From positions 261,327 to 325,326 of the forward strand of contig CAYTPZ010000001.1 of NCBI GenBank assembly GCA_964440095.1: a DNA stretch of 64,000 nucleotides, in the 5' to 3' direction. This DNA comes from an uncultured bacterium (lineage in GTDB: Bacteria; Krumholzibacteriota; Krumholzibacteriia; JACNKJ01). The notes beneath the pieces are model-generated. The model saw only the letters and a list, made by a program, of their open reading frames with translations, was not told where the DNA came from and did no database searches. The translations under genes and the position numbers were made by a program. The stretch's first letter is position 1, and every line of letters starts with the position of its first letter. Below, piece after piece: positions 58,010-64,000 of the stretch.

Positions 58010-59038
58010 CTAACCTTCGAAAAGATCAGAGGCCGGTGGCGGCGCAAGGCCCAGGTGTTTCCAGGCGCGGGGCGCAGCTTCCCGCCCACGGCGGGTACGG
58101 CGCAGGAATCCCTGCTGGATGAGATAGGGCTCGTAAAGATCTTCGAGGGTTTCCACCTCTTCAGCCACGGCCATGGCCAGTGTGGCCACGCCGGCGGGTC
58201 CTCCACCATGATGTTCGATCAGCGTGCGCAGGATGCGCCGATCCATTTCATCCAGACCGGCCTCGTCTACGCCCAGGCGTGAAAGGCCGAAGTCGGCGAT
58301 CTCGCGGGTGATGCGTCCGTCGCCCTCCACCTGCGCAAAATCGCGAAGACGGCGTAGCAGGCGATTGGCGATGCGCGGCGTACCTCGGCTGCGGCGAGCG
58401 ATTTCGGCCAGGCCGTCCTCGTCAGAGTCCAGGCCGAAGAGATCGGCCGAGCGCGCCACGATGCGAGTGAGTTCCTCGGGAGCGTAGAAGTCGAGACGCG
58501 CGACAACGCCGAAGCGGCTTCGAAGCGGCGCGGTGATCATGCCCGCGCGTGTGGTGGCTCCCACCAGGGTGAAGGGCGGTAGATTCAGGCTGTACTGCCG
58601 AGCGCCGGGGCCGCGGTCCACCACCACATCCACCCGGAAATCTTCCATGGCAGAGTAGAGATGCTCTTCGATCACGCGACCCAGACGATGGATCTCATCC
58701 AGGAAGAAAACCTGACGTTCCTCAAGGCGAGTGAGCATGCCTACCAATTCGGCGGCGTTTTGGAAAATGGGACTGCTGCTCGATTTGAAATCCACGCCCA
58801 ATTCATGGGAGAGGATGCTGGCCAGGGTGGTCTTGCCAAGGCCCGGAGGCCCATACAGCAGCACATGATCCAAGGCCTCGCCGCGTTCCTTGGCAGCTTG
58901 GATGAACACTCGCAGATTGGCCTTGAGTTTCTCCTGCCCCACGAACTCATCGAGACTTTGCGGGCGCAGCGAGATTTCCTCGCGACGCTCGGCCTCGGGG
59001 GCGGTGGGCTCGGTGATGCGCCTGGGGCTGCCTTCCAT
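58010..59038 (-). CDS. ruvB: Holliday junction branch-migration helicase RuvB
   Basis: LLYGPPGLGKTTLA Walker A. AAA+ family. Confidence 0.9.
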   Translation of the reverse strand: MEGSPRRITEPTAPEAERREEISLRPQSLDEFVGQEKLKANLRVFIQAAKERGEALDHVLLYGPPGLGKTTLASILSHELGVDFKSSSSPIFQNAAELVGMLTRLEERQVFFLDEIHRLGRVIEEHLYSAMEDFRVDVVVDRGPGARQYSLNLPPFTLVGATTRAGMITAPLRSRFGVVARLDFYAPEELTRIVARSADLFGLDSDEDGLAEIARRSRGTPRIANRLLRRLRDFAQVEGDGRITREIADFGLSRLGVDEAGLDEMDRRILRTLIEHHGGGPAGVATLAMAVAEEVETLEDLYEPYLIQQGFLRRTRRGREAAPRAWKHLGLAPPPASDLFEG

Positions 59039-59050
59039 GCTCGTCCTTCC

Positions 59051-59650
59051 TTAGGCCTTCGCCGAGGCGGCCAGGGCCAGGCGGATGAGATCTTCCACTT
59101 CCAAGTTATCCTCGGGTTGCATTTTCTCAAGAATGCGCAGGGCTTCCATGCGGTTCATGCCCAGCACCTCCAGCGCGCCGACCACCTGTTCGCGTTTGGG
59201 ATCGGCAGGACTGTCACTGATATGGGAGGGGAAATCTCCCGCAGGCATGAAGGCGGCGAGCTTGTCCTTGAGTTCGAGTAGCAGGCGTGAGGCCGTTTTC
59301 TTTCCTACACCGGGCACGGTGGTCATGAGCTTGGCGTCGCCGGTGGCCACGGCGGTGGCCAGCTCTTCGAGGCTCAAGGTCGACAGAATCGCCAGGGCCA
59401 TCTTCGTGCCTACTCCGCTTATGCCTCGCAGACTCTTGTAGAGGTCACGTTCCTCGCGGCGAGCGAAGCCCACCAACTCCATACGATCTTCACGCACCTG
59501 AAGGGTTACGAAGACTTCCACCTCACCGGGTTCGCCGGCCAAAGCCCGCCGACTGCGCTCGGACAACATTAGCTCGAAGCAAACCGGGCCGGTTTGCAGT
59601 ACCATTTCGCCGCCACGACTTATCATGCGCCCACGCAATGAGTCGATCAT
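59051..59650 (-). CDS. ruvA: Holliday junction DNA-binding protein RuvA
   Basis: HhH motifs GISGVGTKMALAIL. 199 aa. Confidence 0.9.
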   Translation of the reverse strand: MIDSLRGRMISRGGEMVLQTGPVCFELMLSERSRRALAGEPGEVEVFVTLQVREDRMELVGFARREERDLYKSLRGISGVGTKMALAILSTLSLEELATAVATGDAKLMTTVPGVGKKTASRLLLELKDKLAAFMPAGDFPSHISDSPADPKREQVVGALEVLGMNRMEALRILEKMQPEDNLEVEDLIRLALAASAKA

Positions 59651-60144
59651 GAGCCGACCCCCATTGCCAGAGTCTCGCGCTGGCTGGCGTGACAGATGGC
59701 CACGGCCAGAGCGTCGGTCTCGTCCATGGGATGTCCATCGAAGGATTCACCCAAAATGCGTTCCACCATGAATCGCACCTGCTCCTTGCCCGCGCTCCCC
59801 TGACCGGTAATGGCCAATTTGATTTCTCGCGGCGCGTAGAAAGCCACAGGCAATTCGGCGCGAGCGGCCGCGAGAATACAGGCCGCCTGGGCCTGTCCCA
59901 GTATCATCATGCTTTTGGGGTTTTTGTGATAGAAGACGTTTTCGATGGCGCAAAAGTCGGGGCGTGTTTTTTCAAGGATCAGCGACAATTCGCAATCGAG
60001 GTGAAGGAGCCGCTGGGGAAGTGTGGCCTTGGGATCGGGGCTGAAGACGCCGGCGGTGACGCGCCGGTGCAGAGGTCCTTCCGCATCCACCACACCGTAT
60101 CCCGTGTGGCGGATTCCCGGATCGATGCCGAGGATGCGCGGCAT
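59647..60144 (-). CDS. ruvC: crossover junction endodeoxyribonuclease RuvC
   Basis: ILGIDPGIRHTGYGV RNase H-like fold. Confidence 0.9.
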   Translation of the reverse strand: MPRILGIDPGIRHTGYGVVDAEGPLHRRVTAGVFSPDPKATLPQRLLHLDCELSLILEKTRPDFCAIENVFYHKNPKSMMILGQAQAACILAAARAELPVAFYAPREIKLAITGQGSAGKEQVRFMVERILGESFDGHPMDETDALAVAICHASQRETLAMGVGS

Positions 60145-60167
60145 CTGGCCTCCTTTGCCCGCGAGTT

Positions 60168-60914
60168 CTACTCGGAGAGTTTCTCGATGATGCTGTCGTC
60201 GATGTCGAAGTTGGCGGTGACTTTTTGAGCGTCCTCCAGATCTTCGAGCATGTCCAGAAGTTTGAGCAGACCGGCGGCATGTTTTTCCCCGATTTCAACC
60301 GTATTCTTGGGCAATTGCTCCAGGCCGACGGTCTCGAATTCGTACTTATCCTCGAGGGCCTTCTGCACATCGTTGAAATTTTCCTGCAGGGACAGAATCT
60401 GGAAATTCTCGCCCTCTACTTGCACGTCTTCAGCGCCGGCTTCCAGGGCCTCCATCATGAGGGTATCCTCATCGTTGCCCTCGACCGAGATGCGAATGAC
60501 GCCGCGCTTTTCGAACATGTAGGCCACGGCGCCTGGCTCGGCCATTTTACCATTGTACTTGCTGAAGACGTGACGAACTTCCGCGGCCGTACGATTCTTG
60601 TTGTCGGTCAAGGTCTCACAAAGAATGGCCACCCCGCCGGGACCGTAGCCCTCGTAGGTGATCTCGTCGTAGCTCACACCTTCAAGGTCACCCGTGCCCT
60701 TCTTGATGCCACGGGTGATGTTGTCCGCAGGCATGTTGGCGGCCTTGGCGGCCGCTATCGCCGTGCGCAGTCGCGGATTCATCTCGGGGTCGCCGCCGCC
60801 CATGCGTGCGGCGACGGTGACTTCCTTGATGAGCCGGGTGAAGATCTTGCCACGTTGCGCGTCCACACGCGCTTTTTTGTGCTTGATCGTCGACCATTTA
60901 GAATGTCCGGACAC
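60168..60914 (-). CDS. yebC: YebC/PmpR-family DNA-binding transcriptional regulator
   Basis: MSGHSKWSTIKHKKA hallmark N-terminus. Confidence 0.9.
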   Translation of the reverse strand: MSGHSKWSTIKHKKARVDAQRGKIFTRLIKEVTVAARMGGGDPEMNPRLRTAIAAAKAANMPADNITRGIKKGTGDLEGVSYDEITYEGYGPGGVAILCETLTDNKNRTAAEVRHVFSKYNGKMAEPGAVAYMFEKRGVIRISVEGNDEDTLMMEALEAGAEDVQVEGENFQILSLQENFNDVQKALEDKYEFETVGLEQLPKNTVEIGEKHAAGLLKLLDMLEDLEDAQKVTANFDIDDSIIEKLSE

Positions 60915-60942
60915 GATTCAGCTCCCGCTCAAATGTTCTGCC

Positions 60943-63000
60943 CTATTCCGCGTCGGCGGCCTTGGCTTCGGCGATGATCCTGTCGGTCTGATCATGGGGC
61001 ACCACTTCGTAGTGCGAGTATTCCATGCTGTAGGTTCCCCGCCCACCTGTGATGGACCTGAGCTGCGTGCCGTACTTATACAACTCGGCCAGGGGGGCCG
61101 TAGCTTTCACCACCTGATGCTTGCCCTTCTGCTCGGTACCCGAAATACGGCCGCGACGACTGTTGATATCTCCCATGATATCTCCCAGGTTTTCGTCGGG
61201 GACCTTGATCTCCACGTTGTAGATGGGCTCAAGCAGGATAGGCGCAGCGGTCTTCACACCTTCGCGAAGTGCCATTGAACCGGCCAGCTTGAAGGAGTGC
61301 TCGTCGGAGTCCACGTTGTGGAAGGATCCGAAGTAGAGACGCGCACGCACATCGACCAAGGAGTAGCCGGAGGATGAGGCACCGGTGTCGAGGGTTTCTC
61401 GCATGCCCTTTTCCACCGCAGGGATGAACTTGGTGGGAATAACGCCGCCGGTAACCTCGTTGACGAAATCGAAACCGGCTCCGCGCTCCATGGGCTCTAG
61501 CTTCACATAAACTTCGCCGAACTGGCCACGCCCACCGGACTGCTTCTTGTGGCGGTAATGGCTCTCCACCTTTTTGGAGATGGTTTCCTTGTAGGGAATC
61601 CTCGGCTTCTCGGTGATCACGTCCACCTTGTACTTGCGCTTAAGGCGGCTAAGGATCACGGCCATCTGGGCGTCACCCTGAACGGCCAAGATGGTCTGCC
61701 GAATGTCAGGATCGTAACGGTAGGTAAAACTGGGATCTTCATGATTGAGCTTGCTCATGCCCGTGCCCAGTTTCTCCTCATCGCCCTTCTCGGCGGCCGC
61801 AACGGCGGTCTCGTTCATGGGACGGGGGAAGTCGATTTCGGGAAAAGGCTGGCTGCCCTTCACGCCCAAAGTGTGACCCACGTTGCTGTGCTTCAGTTTC
61901 ACCGTGGCGCCGATGTCGCCGGCCACCAGGGTCTGGACATCTTCTCGGTTCTTACCGATTACCTGATACACCTGCCCCACGCGCTCGCCGCTGTCGGTAT
62001 TGAGATTGTGGTAGTCCTTGCCGTGAGCAATCGTCCCGGAGAAAACGCGGAAAATGTAAAGATCGCCCAGGTTCATCTCATTGATGTTCTTGAAGATGAA
62101 GGCGTTGGTCGGGCCGTTTTCATCGGCGGCGATAGCCTCTCCATCGATCATCGCCGGGCGCTGATCGGGCGAAGGCAGCAAATCGACGATGGCGTCGAGC
62201 AGCAGGCGAACTCCGCGGCCGCCGTAGGAATCGCCGAGTAGAATGGGCGCAACGGTAGCGTCCTTGATGCCCTTGGAAATGCCGGCGATGAGGTCATCGT
62301 CGCTAAGGGTACCCTCTTCGAAAAACTTCTCCATGAGCTCTTCACTGGATTCGGCGGCACCCTCCACGAGCACTGCGCGCATCTCATCGACTTCACTCTT
62401 GAGCTCATCAGGAATCTCGGTATCCACCGGATTGCCTTTTTCATCGAACTTCTTGGCCTTCATATGGACGAGATCCACGATACCCGTGAAGTCGCTGCCC
62501 TGGCCGAAGGGAACCTGGAAGGGAACGGGAGCGGCGCCCACAAGCTGTTCGCGAATCTGGCTCAGAGTGGAGCTGTAGTCTGCGTGCTCCTTGTCCATCC
62601 GATTCACGAAGATGATTCGCGGCATCTTGGCTTCGTTGAGGAGATCCCAGGATTTTTCGGTGCCGCCTTCCACGCCACCATCGGCGCGAACCATGAGCAC
62701 GGCGCCTTCCACGGCGCGAAGAGCGGAGTGGACTTCTCCGTTGAAATCGTCGAAGCCGGGAGTGTCGATGAAGTTGATCTTCTTCTTGCGCCACTCTCCC
62801 CAGCCAACGCTGGCGATGATGGACATCTTCTTTTCGATCTCATCGGCGTCGAAGTCGAGGGAACTATTTCCTTCATCCACGCGCTCCAGACGCGAGATCG
62901 ACTTGCAGGCGTAAAGGATACCTTGGCCGAGGGTCGTTTTGCCGGTGCTCTGGTGGCCGAGCAGGGCGATGTTTCGGATGTCCTGGGTACTGAAGCTCAT
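60943..63000 (-). CDS. elongation factor G paralogue (EF-G-like GTPase) with atypical G3 (DTPGF) and G4 (NRMD) motifs
   Basis: G1 GHQSTGKTT. G3 DTPGFDDF, where canonical is DTPGHVDF. G4 NRMD, where canonical is NKMD. EF-G domains II to V are present. Start at ATG 63000 (M13 of the track ORF). Confidence 0.85.
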   Translation of the reverse strand: MSFSTQDIRNIALLGHQSTGKTTLGQGILYACKSISRLERVDEGNSSLDFDADEIEKKMSIIASVGWGEWRKKKINFIDTPGFDDFNGEVHSALRAVEGAVLMVRADGGVEGGTEKSWDLLNEAKMPRIIFVNRMDKEHADYSSTLSQIREQLVGAAPVPFQVPFGQGSDFTGIVDLVHMKAKKFDEKGNPVDTEIPDELKSEVDEMRAVLVEGAAESSEELMEKFFEEGTLSDDDLIAGISKGIKDATVAPILLGDSYGGRGVRLLLDAIVDLLPSPDQRPAMIDGEAIAADENGPTNAFIFKNINEMNLGDLYIFRVFSGTIAHGKDYHNLNTDSGERVGQVYQVIGKNREDVQTLVAGDIGATVKLKHSNVGHTLGVKGSQPFPEIDFPRPMNETAVAAAEKGDEEKLGTGMSKLNHEDPSFTYRYDPDIRQTILAVQGDAQMAVILSRLKRKYKVDVITEKPRIPYKETISKKVESHYRHKKQSGGRGQFGEVYVKLEPMERGAGFDFVNEVTGGVIPTKFIPAVEKGMRETLDTGASSSGYSLVDVRARLYFGSFHNVDSDEHSFKLAGSMALREGVKTAAPILLEPIYNVEIKVPDENLGDIMGDINSRRGRISGTEQKGKHQVVKATAPLAELYKYGTQLRSITGGRGTYSMEYSHYEVVPHDQTDRIIAEAKAADAE

Positions 63001-63136
63001 CGTCTTTCCACCCTTCTGAACGAAAAGAGAGCCCACCGGATGGCGGGCTTGTTAAAGGCCCAAACAGCTTGGGAATATGGAGATGCAATGTATCACCCGA
63101 CCCGCTCCCTGTCAACGAGAGCGGGCCGGAAGTGGT

Positions 63137-63847
63137 TTAGCCGCCCACCTGAATGTTGCCGCCAAGTCCGCCCAGGAATGCTGCCAGGAGAACGCCGATC
63201 AGGAATATGACCAGAATCGGCGCCGCCGCCTGCTTCTGACTCTTGCCCGTGAGGACCGCTGCTCCGGCGATCATGAGGATCAGACCCCAGATCTGAAAGA
63301 GGCCGAACTGGCTGAGGATGCGCTGAAGAAAACTGGGCTCGGAGAACAGAGAACCCAGGCTGAGGTCGAGGATGACCTCCTGCATCTTCGAAGGATCAGA
63401 AATCTCAGGCTTCGTCATAACCAGATAGACGGCGTTGATGATCTGGTACAAGATTCCGATGAAGCCCGTATAGATAGTCAAAGTCAGCACTCGCCCGAAA
63501 CCGATCCCCCCGAAACTGATGGTCAGGGCCAGCCAATAGAAGAAGGCGATGATCAGGATCATGATGAGCTGACCGAGGATCTGACTGGCAATCATGACCG
63601 GCCCCATGAAGCCTATGGAGTCGGGATCCTGACCCTGCTCGATGATGCTCGCGTTGATGGCCTCCTCCATCACCGGACCCATGGCCAGGCTGATGGCAAT
63701 CAGTATCACAAACATGACGATCAGGCCGGGCCAGACGCTGAGTCCGTCGCGAATCTGTGGATAGACGGTGGACGGACTGGTGAATATCCGAAAAATGGCG
63801 GAGAACCCATCCTCGAATGAGGGTTTGGCCGCTTGGCTCATTTCCAT
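63137..63847 (-). CDS. Yip1-family multi-pass membrane protein
   Basis: Five hydrophobic helices after a soluble N-terminus. Yip1/DUF1282-like topology. 236 aa. Confidence 0.55.
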   Translation of the reverse strand: MEMSQAAKPSFEDGFSAIFRIFTSPSTVYPQIRDGLSVWPGLIVMFVILIAISLAMGPVMEEAINASIIEQGQDPDSIGFMGPVMIASQILGQLIMILIIAFFYWLALTISFGGIGFGRVLTLTIYTGFIGILYQIINAVYLVMTKPEISDPSKMQEVILDLSLGSLFSEPSFLQRILSQFGLFQIWGLILMIAGAAVLTGKSQKQAAAPILVIFLIGVLLAAFLGGLGGNIQVGG

Positions 63848-64000
63848 GGTAACCTCCGAAAAGGCGCAATGAGTTGGGGATGCTGAGCCTCTACGCTAGC
63901 TTCAGACCTTGCTTTAGTCAATGGAAAGGACGAGGCTTCAAGGGTTTCGCTTGCGCAGGGCCAGGGTGATTTCCGGGGTGAGTGTGAGACCGGTAAACCG

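Noticed and set aside
60943-63036. GTG 63036 as the EF-G start
   Set aside because: There is no SD. ATG 63000 gives the canonical distance of about 8 aa to the P-loop.

Overview
This is a high-GC (about 60%), gene-dense bacterial chromosomal window. Most genes are on the minus strand, in operons with ATGA/GTGA start-stop overlaps and frequent GTG/TTG starts. I found no rRNA, tRNA, CRISPR array or mobile element by eye. One secreted protein carries a T9SS (Por) C-terminal sorting domain, which points to an FCB-superphylum lineage; this is inference. Features from start to end are as follows. (1) A truncated TldD/PmbA fragment is followed by a DUF212/PAP2-like protein and a TIGR00725/LOG-family protein. 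(2) An atypical complex I locus is ordered nuoA-C-E-F-H-J-K-L-M-N, with nuoB, nuoD, nuoG and nuoI absent. (3) An operon encodes a 1055-aa UvrD/PcrA-type SF1 helicase carrying an inserted DnaQ-like 3'-5' exonuclease domain, followed by a membrane-anchored unknown protein. (4) A secreted orphan gene and a TrmH/SpoU methyltransferase gene sit on either side of an AT-rich divergent promoter region that contains repeats. (5) The most coherent accessory system is a sulfur-compound reductase locus. It comprises an ArsR-family regulator with a SqrR/BigR-like two-Cys pattern, a Tat-exported Mo-bisPGD PsrA/PhsA-like catalytic subunit, a 4-cluster ferredoxin PsrB-like subunit, two tandem paralogous NrfD-type membrane subunits, a split YeeE/YedE sulfur transporter whose second half is fused to a Cys-less rhodanese-like domain, and MobA. 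(6) Housekeeping genes follow: xthA, a YacP/NYN protein, acpS, pepA, moaE, moaD, and ccsA and ccsB of cytochrome c biogenesis system II. (7) Next are a methyltransferase, a low-GC orphan gene, an IMPase-family protein, an MBL-fold hydrolase and an archaeal-type (type II) GAPDH homologue. (8) A seven-gene envelope operon encodes a secreted protein, a T9SS cargo protein, TlpA, two outer-membrane beta-barrels, a lipoprotein and a TPR protein. (9) comM is followed by a small acidic zinc-ribbon gene that has a near-consensus sigma70 promoter. (10) A conserved translation and DNA-repair block runs yraN, rnhB, rplS, trmD, rimM, a KH-domain protein, rpsP, ffh, rpe, a kinase-less PASTA protein, rsmB, fmt, def, yajC, tgt, queA, ruvB, ruvA, ruvC, yebC, an EF-G paralogue with unusual G3 and G4 motifs, and a Yip1 protein. 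Many N-terminal extensions in the supplied ORF track are artefacts, and starts were re-placed at SD-supported internal codons.
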